DNA from: an uncultured Armatimonadetes bacterium
GTDB lineage: Bacteria > Armatimonadota > Fimbriimonadia > Fimbriimonadales > Fimbriimonadaceae
Direction of reading: 5' to 3'
DNA length: 64,000 nt
Assembly: GCA_903927025.1 (NCBI GenBank)
Contig: CAIYLG010000018.1
Location: forward strand, 55,105-119,104
The notes below the pieces were generated by a model. That model saw nothing but the letters and a program-made list of their open reading frames with translations, had not been told where the DNA came from and did not search any database. The number at the start of each line of letters is the position of its first letter. The stretch's first letter is position 1. Both the position numbers and the translations under genes were made by a program. Positions 55,273 to 63,487 of this stretch are shown piece by piece.

Positions 55273-55646
55273 TTCTTGCCTCCGATGGGATCGAGACTTT
55301 GAGCTTCGACGCATGTTCCAAGAACCGCATCGGATTGGGCCTGGAGATAGTCACGCATGACCTGAATGGCTTCGCGCCGAACGGAACACACCATAAACTT
55401 GCCGTTCTTTTCGGCATTGATCAGCCCAGCCAGTCGCAACTCTTTGAGATGGAACGACACCGTCGAGCTGAATTGCTCACTACCGGTCACGTGGCAACAG
55501 ACTGCCCCAACCGTAACTCCCTGCACAGGTCGAACGTCTCCCAGGTCATCGAGGGCAACGGGGCAGCAATTTGAGCAAAGGAATTCGAAGATGCGTGCCC
55601 TCGTCGGGTCTCCCAGTGCTTTAAACATCAGGACGGGCGATTCCAT
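55269..55646 (-). CDS. arsR: ArsR/SmtB family repressor
   Basis: FKALGDPTRARI, STVSFHLKELRLAGLI; CSNCC and VCCH. TATGCT lies 6 nt before the ATG. Confidence 0.88.
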   Translation of the reverse strand: MESPVLMFKALGDPTRARIFEFLCSNCCPVALDDLGDVRPVQGVTVGAVCCHVTGSEQFSSTVSFHLKELRLAGLINAEKNGKFMVCSVRREAIQVMRDYLQAQSDAVLGTCVEAQSLDPIGGKK

Positions 55647-55659
55647 ACCTGGAGCATAC

Positions 55660-55691
55660 CACTACATATCGAGATATCTAGATATATAGTG
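55660..55691. promoter_or_regulatory. ArsR operator
   Basis: 32-bp imperfect palindrome CACTACATATCGAGATATCTAGATATATAGTG (28/32 symmetric); core ATCGA-N6-TAGAT resembles the ArsR/SmtB ATCAA-N6-TTGAT box; abuts the -10 box. Confidence 0.8.
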
Positions 55692-55776
55692 GAGATTCGG
55701 GGTGCATTACCTTTGCTGGTTGTCAGTAGAAAGCAAAGTCGCCAATTCTACGCACAGAGCGTGATATGATTCGCGC

Positions 55777-56046
55777 GTGAACAAGACGTTTTCTGCGACC
55801 CTCCTGAAGGACAAGGATAAAGAAAAGGGTGGTTGGACCTACATCATCTGGTCTGATTCAGCAGCGTTCTTCGGAACAAAGAAGCCTGTTAAGGTGAAGG
55901 GAACGATCGACGGGGTCGAGTTCCAAACCACATTTCTTCCTGTGGGAGATGGAACTCACCTGTTGCCGGTTAAGGCTGCCATCCTGGCAGCAGTCAAGAA
56001 GCAACAAGGGGATGAAGTTGTTGTGTGCCTGACGGACCGATTGTAG
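55777..56046 (+). CDS. DUF1905 family protein
   Basis: GGWTYI, VKVKGTIDGVEFQTTFLPVGDGTHLLPVKAAI. TATGAT lies 6 nt before the GTG. Confidence 0.85.
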   Translation: MNKTFSATLLKDKDKEKGGWTYIIWSDSAAFFGTKKPVKVKGTIDGVEFQTTFLPVGDGTHLLPVKAAILAAVKKQQGDEVVVCLTDRL

Positions 56047-56135
56047 CCAAATGACTTCCCCCACGAAAACTGTTGCGCGACTTGACTGATCAGTCGCGTC
56101 ATCGATTCCAGGCGAAACGGTTAGAGCAAGTCGGT

Positions 56136-56678
56136 CTAAACCGTTTGCAGCCGTTCATGCGGCTCCGGAGGCAACTGGACTGTAATGAGGTCACCCGCCC
56201 TCACGATTCCCCCAACAAGGACGATCGACATGATCCCAGCCTTGCGGATCATTTCTCCGTTCTCATCCTTGTCCAAGGTCGCCGCCATCAATCCCTTCTG
56301 GAACTTGTCGATCTGGCTGCATGGATTTCTTAGGCCGGTAACTTCCAGGACTGCTTCCTCTCCAACCCGAAGGAGTGTCCCCTTCGGCAAGACAAGGAGA
56401 TCTATTCCGACCGTAGTGATGTTCTCTCCCATATTGCCAGGGCGAACCTCAAAGCCTTGCTTCGCAACTTCTCCAAAAAGCTCGCTGTGAATCAGGTGCA
56501 CTTGCCTGAGGTTCGGCATGTCAGGAAACTTTGCCGCACGAGAGCGGTGCTTCACCGCCTGTCCACAGTGGGCATCCCCTTGGACCCCCAGCCCCTTAAG
56601 CAACACGATTTCCGAAACCGTCTCTTTGCTGAACGAGTGGGTGGGGCTCGCGCTAACCGCCAAAACTTTGGGCTGCAT
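56136..56678 (-). CDS. MOSC domain protein (YiiM-like)
   Basis: GLGVQGDAH, RQVHLI, PGNMGENITT, LEVTGLRNPCSQI, G.VRAGD. TATATT lies 7 nt before the ATG at 56678. Confidence 0.9.
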   Translation of the reverse strand: MQPKVLAVSASPTHSFSKETVSEIVLLKGLGVQGDAHCGQAVKHRSRAAKFPDMPNLRQVHLIHSELFGEVAKQGFEVRPGNMGENITTVGIDLLVLPKGTLLRVGEEAVLEVTGLRNPCSQIDKFQKGLMAATLDKDENGEMIRKAGIMSIVLVGGIVRAGDLITVQLPPEPHERLQTV

Positions 56679-56865
56679 CAAATGGAATATATCCAACGAC
56701 GAACCTTGGCGGAACCCATGAATGACTTGGCCCTAGTCATATTTCGCGTATTGCAACTGACGGTCTCAACTACTTCCGCTTAGCTATTAGAATTATCAGG
56801 TGGCGGCAGGCATCTGTTGTGAAGGCCACAACTTGGCAATGCTTCGATGTACCGGTAACAAGAGA

Positions 56866-57420
56866 ATGCTTGACCTTCAACACCTTCATGATCTGCTGCA
56901 GCCGATTGTTGGCGAACCGCTGAGCGACATATATCGTTCGGTTGGGCAGGTCTTCGAGTTCGGAGAGCAGCGTCCAGATACAAACAAGCGTGGAGAAGCG
57001 ATTACACGAGGCGACTTCACGCTCAAGCTCATTGCCGCCGATTGGAGAATCGTTCAAGCAGGCAGGGTCATCCTTGGCTCCTCCGACCGTACCAACAACG
57101 AAAGCTTCTTCCACGATGATGAACCCTCGGATCTTCCATTCGATGCGGAAGCGTGGCGTCTTGGACGGGAATTCCTCGGGTCTGTCGAGGAGGCCAACTT
57201 AGTTGTCGAAGCAATCGAGGTTGGGCCCTTTGCGGACGTCGCGATCCAGCTCTCCAACGGTTTCAAGATGGAGAGCTTCGGGAGTTCGGGCCAAGATTTT
57301 GACCTTTGGTGGTTCCACAATCGGCGCACGGACGTGAGCTGTCTTGTCAGCCCGTCTGGGCCATATATTGGGAAACACTCTGAACGTGAAGCGCCAAAAA
57401 TTCAGCCGCATGAAGAGTGA
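56866..57420 (+). CDS. Hypothetical acidic protein
   Basis: Long open frame with coding-like composition (FEFG, WRIVQ.G, DVAIQLSNG..ME.F); no motif recognised. Start is 56800 or 56866. Confidence 0.65.
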   Translation: MLDLQHLHDLLQPIVGEPLSDIYRSVGQVFEFGEQRPDTNKRGEAITRGDFTLKLIAADWRIVQAGRVILGSSDRTNNESFFHDDEPSDLPFDAEAWRLGREFLGSVEEANLVVEAIEVGPFADVAIQLSNGFKMESFGSSGQDFDLWWFHNRRTDVSCLVSPSGPYIGKHSEREAPKIQPHEE

Positions 57421-57429
57421 AGTTCGAAA

Positions 57430-59730
57430 CTATATTCCTACTTGAAGCCGAACCGGGGCAGTGAGCGCTGGGTCGCCGGTGGCGGCGAGTCCGTCAACGT
57501 AGGTTGAGAGCGAGGGTTTCACTTTGAATTCAGTTCGCTTGCCATCCCGGATCACGATCACTGGCTTCTTGTAGTCAACCAGCGTGGGTGACAGCCACAA
57601 GGCAATCTCTCCCTGATTGGCCGTGGTTATCGTGATCGTGTTCTTCTCAACTTTCGCGTCGATGCGCCCCTTCGCTTGAGGGGTGAGGGATTCCAGCCAG
57701 TAGAAGCGGTGGAGCACCGAGTCTGTCTGGGCCCAGATCACCCGGGTTAGCTCTGCATTTCGGGTGTATTTAAGGAACTCAGCCGTCTTGTTGGCTTCAA
57801 AGTCATTGATCAGATGGCTATGCCCGGGAACGACCTCTACGCCGCCATCAAAGCCACCAAATTCGGATTTCCACTTATCCCATTCTTTTTGGAAGGCGCG
57901 ACACCGGTCCACTCGCCCGTAGTCATTGTCTCGCTCGCCCACCGACCAGGTGAACCTCACATTTCGCAGGTTGATCCCTTCAGTTTCACCGTCTGTTCCA
58001 GCGGAAGCGGCGGGATGAAGGGCGGCAAACCGATAGGGGATTTTTGGCCCGATCACGAACGTTCCGTATCCGCCATGGGATGCGCCACACGCGTAGACTC
58101 GGCTCGGATCCACCTCGGCAAACTTGACGAACTGAAGGATGAGGCGCTCGATCAACGGACAAATCGCATCGTCGTAGAATCCGTTCCAGGCGTCGTTCGG
58201 AGCACGCAGAGCCAGGTAGACATAGCCGCCGGCTTCGGGGTGATCCTTGTAGTACGTGCTAAACATGTACTGCCACTCGCCATCGTTCACCTCCTTTGGC
58301 GCCCCACCGCCGCCGTGCATGGCGATGACCAATCCCCAACCGTTCTTGGGCTTTGTTCCTACCGTTCGCCAGAGGTAAGGGCTGGTTCGGTCGGTCGTGC
58401 TGACGGTTTTGGCGTCGAACTCCTTTTTGAGCTCGGGATTGGGGGCTGACTTGAACGCCTCCCAAGCGGCCTGGACGCTGCCGTCTGTGAACGGCAGTCC
58501 CGCGATCAGCTTTGACGCCGCATCCTGCTTTGCTTTATCGGTGCCGAACCTATCTGCGAACAGCGAAGCGAGGGCAGATTCGGACACCTTATCAAGATCG
58601 ATCCGAACAACCGTGTCGGCGTCCACCTTGGCGAGTGCGGTTGCCGTCTTGCCGTTGTAATCGGCGGACACGAAGTACTCGCCCCCTTTGGGGACAGGAG
58701 CGCTGAGGTGGAGGTTGATGTCCGCCTGAGGGCCTTTGCTTTGGCCCATTAGACACTGATCGCCCGTCGCAGCATTGAAGGCGATGACATCCGCGATGAC
58801 CCGCTCGCCCCCCTTCTTCACCTCGACCATAAGCCGCGGAGATAGATCCAGAAGCCGCTTGTTGTAGCGCTTGGTCACGTTCTCAGCTGGCACTTTTTGT
58901 TCTGGAGCCCAGACCATAGGGAAATAGGAGCCCTGATTGCGATAAGTGACCGCCCAAATCGAATTCTCTGGTTTATCCGCCTCTGCACGTCCAGCCTCAT
59001 CTGCAAACCAAGAATGATCGAGTCCAGCATCGTCCGGCTCGGCCGCGCCCACGAAATGCCAGGCACCCTTGTCCCAAACTTCAACCCAGGTATGGTTGCC
59101 GCCCCGACCTGGCCAAGAGTGAATGCCCGCCACTCTCGATGGCACACCAACGGCGCGCAACGCATCCACAAGCATGATGGAGAGCCCGGTGCAGGTTGCC
59201 ATCCCCTGGGAGATCGTTTCCGGCGGACTTTGATCTGTCCGCAATCGTCGGGTGTTGTACGTAACTTTGTAGTCTTTGAAAAGCGCCCGATTGATGGCCA
59301 TAGCCGCCTCACCAGGCGATTTAGAGTTGGCAACTAACGGTAGGTAACGGCTCTGAAACTCAGCCCGCATTGATTGCCGAGGTTCAGTCACGCTCGCGTA
59401 GGGGAGGACAGAATCCAAGAAGATATCCTGCGGAATTGCACGTGCCCAACTCATCTTTCTTCGCACGTCATAGGAGAGATGAATCGACTCGCGCAGTTTG
59501 TCGGTTGACAGTGACTCAAGATCGCTAAGAGGCATGTAGGTGAGCAGGTACTCGGCCCCCTTATGCTCGTCAGCCGGCAGAGTCTTCAAGAACTTCTCCC
59601 ACTCCTTGATTCGACTTGGAGCACGGTTCAGAGATGATTGCAGACTCAGTTTCTGATCAGGCACTGGCCGGATCCCATTCGAAGTTCCTAGCGTCAAGGC
59701 AATTAGCAACAGGGAACTTACAGGCAACAT
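57430..59730 (-). CDS. Secreted transglutaminase-like domain + alpha/beta-hydrolase fusion
   Basis: TGase triad ATCTGLS / NHTWVEVWD; hydrolase motifs IAMHGGG, GASHGG and VPGHSH. Confidence 0.85.
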   Translation of the reverse strand: MLPVSSLLLIALTLGTSNGIRPVPDQKLSLQSSLNRAPSRIKEWEKFLKTLPADEHKGAEYLLTYMPLSDLESLSTDKLRESIHLSYDVRRKMSWARAIPQDIFLDSVLPYASVTEPRQSMRAEFQSRYLPLVANSKSPGEAAMAINRALFKDYKVTYNTRRLRTDQSPPETISQGMATCTGLSIMLVDALRAVGVPSRVAGIHSWPGRGGNHTWVEVWDKGAWHFVGAAEPDDAGLDHSWFADEAGRAEADKPENSIWAVTYRNQGSYFPMVWAPEQKVPAENVTKRYNKRLLDLSPRLMVEVKKGGERVIADVIAFNAATGDQCLMGQSKGPQADINLHLSAPVPKGGEYFVSADYNGKTATALAKVDADTVVRIDLDKVSESALASLFADRFGTDKAKQDAASKLIAGLPFTDGSVQAAWEAFKSAPNPELKKEFDAKTVSTTDRTSPYLWRTVGTKPKNGWGLVIAMHGGGGAPKEVNDGEWQYMFSTYYKDHPEAGGYVYLALRAPNDAWNGFYDDAICPLIERLILQFVKFAEVDPSRVYACGASHGGYGTFVIGPKIPYRFAALHPAASAGTDGETEGINLRNVRFTWSVGERDNDYGRVDRCRAFQKEWDKWKSEFGGFDGGVEVVPGHSHLINDFEANKTAEFLKYTRNAELTRVIWAQTDSVLHRFYWLESLTPQAKGRIDAKVEKNTITITTANQGEIALWLSPTLVDYKKPVIVIRDGKRTEFKVKPSLSTYVDGLAATGDPALTAPVRLQVGI

Positions 59731-59805
59731 CGTACAGCGAATATTACCGTCGCCAATGCCTGGAGAACGGAAGAGGCTGTCGTGTCCGGGCTCCCGATTC
59801 CCAAG

Positions 59806-60036
59806 CTACGCGTTGCTAATAGCGGTCAGAACTCGCTCCTCGAGGTCTTTGGGTATGTCGGTATCTAGGAGGGTGCGACCAAGTTTGCGCAGCACCAAGG
59901 CTTCGAACTCAAACTCCTCGGCACAAATTCCACAACCAATCAGATGCTCCGTTACGAGGGCCATTTCAATCGCTGAGAGTTCGCGATCGAGATAGTCCTG
60001 CATCCGCTGGTAGGTTTCTTCACAGTTAAGATTCAT
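59806..60036 (-). CDS. Soluble zinc-binding anti-sigma factor (ZAS, zf-HC2; RsrA/RshA-like)
   Basis: 76 aa with N-terminal Cys (NCEE), YLDREL and HLIGCGIC (HX3CX2C), no TM; ATGA overlap with the sigma stop. Confidence 0.85.
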   Translation of the reverse strand: MNLNCEETYQRMQDYLDRELSAIEMALVTEHLIGCGICAEEFEFEALVLRKLGRTLLDTDIPKDLEERVLTAISNA

Positions 60037-60638
60037 ATTGACTCCTGGGTTGGGAAATATCCGCGCTGTTCTGCGATCTCCCACAGAGAAACCTGAAGCA
60101 TCCGTCTTGCGCGATGAAGACGAGAACGTACGGTGCCTATCGGAACCTCTAATGTTTCCGCGCATTCTGCGTATGACATCTCGGTAATAAAGTGGAGGAC
60201 CGCAACCTCTTGGTATTCAAGAGGCAGTCGGCCCATCGCATCGGAAACCATCTGGTAATCGGCTTGGCCCAAAATGACCGCCACCGGATCGCCATTCATC
60301 GTCAGGCCAAGTCTCCTGGCCTGACGATAGAGATAAGACTCGGGAGCATCAACCAGTGCGACAGAGGGCTGTCGCGCTTCACGCTGTTTGGTTCTATAGA
60401 ACCGATGCAACAGAATTTTGAAAAACCAAGCCTTGAAGTTTGAGTCACGCGCAAACATGTGAAACGAGCGAAACGCGATGACGCTTGCGTCCTGCACAAG
60501 ATCCGTCCCAGCATCACGGTCCTTTGTAAGCCGGACCGCATAGCGGAATGCCAGCGGAAGAATCGGCCGGAGAAGAGCCTCGAAGTCGCTACGGTCAGTG
60601 ACGGCCAGGCTAACCGTGGGGCCAATCTCCGACCTCAT
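60033..60638 (-). CDS. ECF sigma-70 factor (SigR/SigH-like)
   Basis: DLVQDASVIAF, NFKAWFFKIL, LPLEYQEV, SYAECAETLEVPIGTVRSRLHRAR. Confidence 0.92.
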   Translation of the reverse strand: MRSEIGPTVSLAVTDRSDFEALLRPILPLAFRYAVRLTKDRDAGTDLVQDASVIAFRSFHMFARDSNFKAWFFKILLHRFYRTKQREARQPSVALVDAPESYLYRQARRLGLTMNGDPVAVILGQADYQMVSDAMGRLPLEYQEVAVLHFITEMSYAECAETLEVPIGTVRSRLHRARRMLQVSLWEIAEQRGYFPTQESI

Positions 60639-61195
60639 TTTTCTGCAAGTAGTTCGTCTAGAACCTCTGCAGTTTTCTTTTCACCACCAGCCCCCTGCCA
60701 ATTCAGTTCACCGAACCAATGGTAGCGAACGATGCCGTTGCGATCAAGGATATAGAGTGAGGGCCACATGTTTACATGCCACCTTTTCCAATTAGCGCTG
60801 TCATTATCGACGAGAACCGGATAATCGATGTTGTCTTCCTTTACGTGCTTGGCGACCTCGTCCACTTCACGTTCGATCTTCATTTCCGGCGTGTGAACCG
60901 AGATCATCTCGACTCCATGGGCTCGATACTTCTTCAGAAGTCGTTGGTACGCAGCAAAATTGTGCTGGCAGTTTTCACACGCAAAGGTCCAAAACGCCAC
61001 GAGCGTTGGCTTGCCTCGCCGAGACTCTAGACTCATCGGCTTGCCATCCGTAGTGTTGATCCATGGCCCTCCGGTCAATTCAGGTGCCTGATTTGGATCC
61101 TTCTTCGTCTGCAGCGAACGAGCGCTGGCAATCCCGTAGGCCGTCGCCAGAACAAGAATCGACCCTACAGCCAGTGTTAAAAGCTTTTGTTTCAT
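60635..61195 (-). CDS. Exported thioredoxin-like redoxin (DipZ C-terminal/TlpA-like)
   Basis: Signal/anchor; APELTGGPWIN, FWTFACENC, VHTPE, WPSLYILD, WFGE; ATGA overlap with the sigma gene. Confidence 0.88.
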   Translation of the reverse strand: MKQKLLTLAVGSILVLATAYGIASARSLQTKKDPNQAPELTGGPWINTTDGKPMSLESRRGKPTLVAFWTFACENCQHNFAAYQRLLKKYRAHGVEMISVHTPEMKIEREVDEVAKHVKEDNIDYPVLVDNDSANWKRWHVNMWPSLYILDRNGIVRYHWFGELNWQGAGGEKKTAEVLDELLAEK

Positions 61196-61215
61196 GGTTG
61201 GTGTTGGATGTAAAG

Positions 61216-61239
61216 GACCGCATGGCCGCTTAAGGTTCC
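61216..61239 (-). promoter_or_regulatory. Candidate ECF promoter for the redoxin-sigma-anti-sigma operon
   Basis: Minus strand reads GGAAC-N16-GTC, ending 20 nt upstream of the redoxin ATG; this matches the common ECF -35/-10 layout. Confidence 0.5.
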
Positions 61240-61418
61240 CAGAGATTTGTGGCCTCAAGCATTTTCTTCCGACTTCGCTGATGCTGATGGTTTCCTCAAA
61301 CGATCAGAAGGCAATTCGGGCTACTCCGGAGGTCAATACGACCTCTCGTCTGAAAGACTTGGATTGGCCCCTGAATCCATCAAAGAATTTAGTCAGAGTC
61401 TGGTTCAGGAGCGCCACT

Positions 61419-62345
61419 TTAATGTGCCATGGCGACGCTCACCTGCTTTCTATAGGTGCCAGGCCGACAATTGAATATTCGCTTAAAGGTAGCGCTGAAC
61501 GCGCTTTCGGATTCGTAGCCGACCGCGCTAGCGACATCGGCCACGTTCAGCTGGTCGGACCTCAGCAGTTCGGTTGCCATCTGCATTCTCCAGTTCGTGA
61601 GGTACTCCAGCGGTGTCACGCCCACGTTAGTCTTGAACGCCAGGCAGAATCCGGAGCGAGACATGGAGCAGACGTTCGCCAACTCCTCGATTGACCACGG
61701 ATATTGATATCGAAAATGCATCGCTTCTAAAGCTTTTGCGAGCTTGGGATCCGAGAGGGCAGTCGCCCAATTTTTGTCGTTCTTAGCTGTCCCTAAATAG
61801 ACTCGCAACGCCTGTGAGAGCATGATTGGGGCCAGGTTTCGCAGGATCAGCGTACGCCCGGGCCCAGTTCCTGCAAATTCAGATCGAAACTGTTCGATGG
61901 ACCAACGCATAACGCTGGCCTCCTGGATCTCCTTTTGGAGATGAATAAGGGGAGGCATCTGGTTAAAGACGATTTGCGGCAAGTGACTGCTGACCTCGAA
62001 ATGAACGCCGATCAAGAGCAGATCTCCGCCACCATTTTGCTCAATGGATCCTCCCGACTTTGCGTACTGCGAAGCGAGCGAAGCATAAGGAATCGGCAAA
62101 ACAGACAGGTCGGTTCCCATGACAAATGGCTCCCCTTTCGTCATCAGAGTGCAGTCTCCCGCTTTTAAATGGTGAGTTGTTCCAGAAGCGGTCATTCGGA
62201 TCCAGCATTCACCGTTTAGGATCAATTGGAGTTTAAAGCCCTGGTACGCGGGGAACGAAACGGCCCAATTCCCGCCGACGTCGGTCACCCCAGAGACGAA
62301 TGAAATCACCTTCATTTGTTCAAGCGCACTCGATAGGACATCCAC
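61419..62345 (-). CDS. AraC family regulator with cupin sensor domain
   Basis: WSIEELANVCSMSRSGF, PLEYLTNWRM, VGYESESAFSATFKR. TATATT lies 6 nt before the GTG at 62345 (MDVLSSAL). Confidence 0.9.
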   Translation of the reverse strand: MDVLSSALEQMKVISFVSGVTDVGGNWAVSFPAYQGFKLQLILNGECWIRMTASGTTHHLKAGDCTLMTKGEPFVMGTDLSVLPIPYASLASQYAKSGGSIEQNGGGDLLLIGVHFEVSSHLPQIVFNQMPPLIHLQKEIQEASVMRWSIEQFRSEFAGTGPGRTLILRNLAPIMLSQALRVYLGTAKNDKNWATALSDPKLAKALEAMHFRYQYPWSIEELANVCSMSRSGFCLAFKTNVGVTPLEYLTNWRMQMATELLRSDQLNVADVASAVGYESESAFSATFKRIFNCRPGTYRKQVSVAMAH

Positions 62346-62480
62346 TACTGGAATATACAGCATAAACAGTGGACTTTTCAGCATTAAGAGTCCAAAAATT
62401 TCCTTGTACAGTATTGCCATGGATGCAACAAGGCTGATACGGCCTCCATCCAGCAAGCAAATCAGAACGAGGAAATCACC

Positions 62481-63434
62481 ATGAAAATATTTGTCACAGG
62501 GGCTACGGGATTCGTCGGATCGGCAGTCGTCAAAGAGTTGTTGAATGAGGGACATGAAGTCTCGGGATTAGCCCGAAGCGATGCGTCGGCTGCGTCGCTC
62601 ATGAAAATCGGCGCCAAGGTCGTAAGAGGAGATTTGGAAAACCTCGATGCACTGCGTCGCGGTGCATCCGAATCCGACGGTGTGGTCCACACCGCCTTTA
62701 TTCACGGTCTCCCTCAGCTCTCCAACTCGATGAAGGTGCGCCTATTTGCAGGCTTTATCAACGGTGGCCCCGTGAAGAGTTTCACGAGGATCCTTGAGAC
62801 AACTGAAACACGGGCAATCCATGCCATGGGATCTGCTCTCGTTGGCAGCGGCCGTCCTCTCGTGGTTACCTCCGGGATTCTAGCTCTGCCTCAAAGTAGG
62901 ATTTCAAAGGAAACGGACATCCACGTCAAGGGTCTGATGAGTCGAGCATTTTCGGAAGCAGCAACTCTCGCGTTTGTCTCCCAAGGGGTCAAAGCCTCGA
63001 TAGTTCGCCTGTCGCCAACGGTACACGGGCCGGGAGACCATGGGTTTGTGCCCCAATTGATTCAGGCAGCTAAGAAGAAGAACGCTTCTCCCTATGTTGA
63101 GGACGGCTCTAATCGGTGGACAGCGGTGAACCGCCTTGACGCGGCGCGACTATTTCGTCTCGCCGTCGAGCAAGGAATGCCGGGAGCGATCTATCACGCC
63201 GTGGACGAGACTTCCATACCCTTTCGCGAGATCGCAGAGTTCATTGGCAAGAAGCTGAATGTTCCGGCAGTCAGCATCGCAAGGAACCAGACCGCGAAGC
63301 ACTTTGGTTTTCTGTCTCCGTTCGTGGGACTAGACAATCCATCTTCAAGCGAATGGACTCGACACTCCCTCGGGTGGAAGCCCGACCAGTCCCGCCTGTT
63401 CCAAGACTTGGAGAGTGCCGGTTACTTCTCTTGA
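62481..63434 (+). CDS. NAD(P)-dependent epimerase/SDR-family oxidoreductase
   Basis: MKIFVTGATGFVGS, VVHTAFIH, VRLSPTVHG, WTAVNRLDAARLF; GAGG SD. Confidence 0.9.
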   Translation: MKIFVTGATGFVGSAVVKELLNEGHEVSGLARSDASAASLMKIGAKVVRGDLENLDALRRGASESDGVVHTAFIHGLPQLSNSMKVRLFAGFINGGPVKSFTRILETTETRAIHAMGSALVGSGRPLVVTSGILALPQSRISKETDIHVKGLMSRAFSEAATLAFVSQGVKASIVRLSPTVHGPGDHGFVPQLIQAAKKKNASPYVEDGSNRWTAVNRLDAARLFRLAVEQGMPGAIYHAVDETSIPFREIAEFIGKKLNVPAVSIARNQTAKHFGFLSPFVGLDNPSSSEWTRHSLGWKPDQSRLFQDLESAGYFS

Positions 63435-63487
63435 CGGCTAGGTGTCGCCTTTGCGAAATCACTGGCACCGAGTTTTGGAAATTGAAG

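Noticed and set aside
61247-61474. 75-aa ORF with DFADADGFL...NSGYSGGQYD, faintly like an OppA C-terminus
   Set aside because: The similarity is too weak, there is no start signal, and it overlaps the AraC 3' end.
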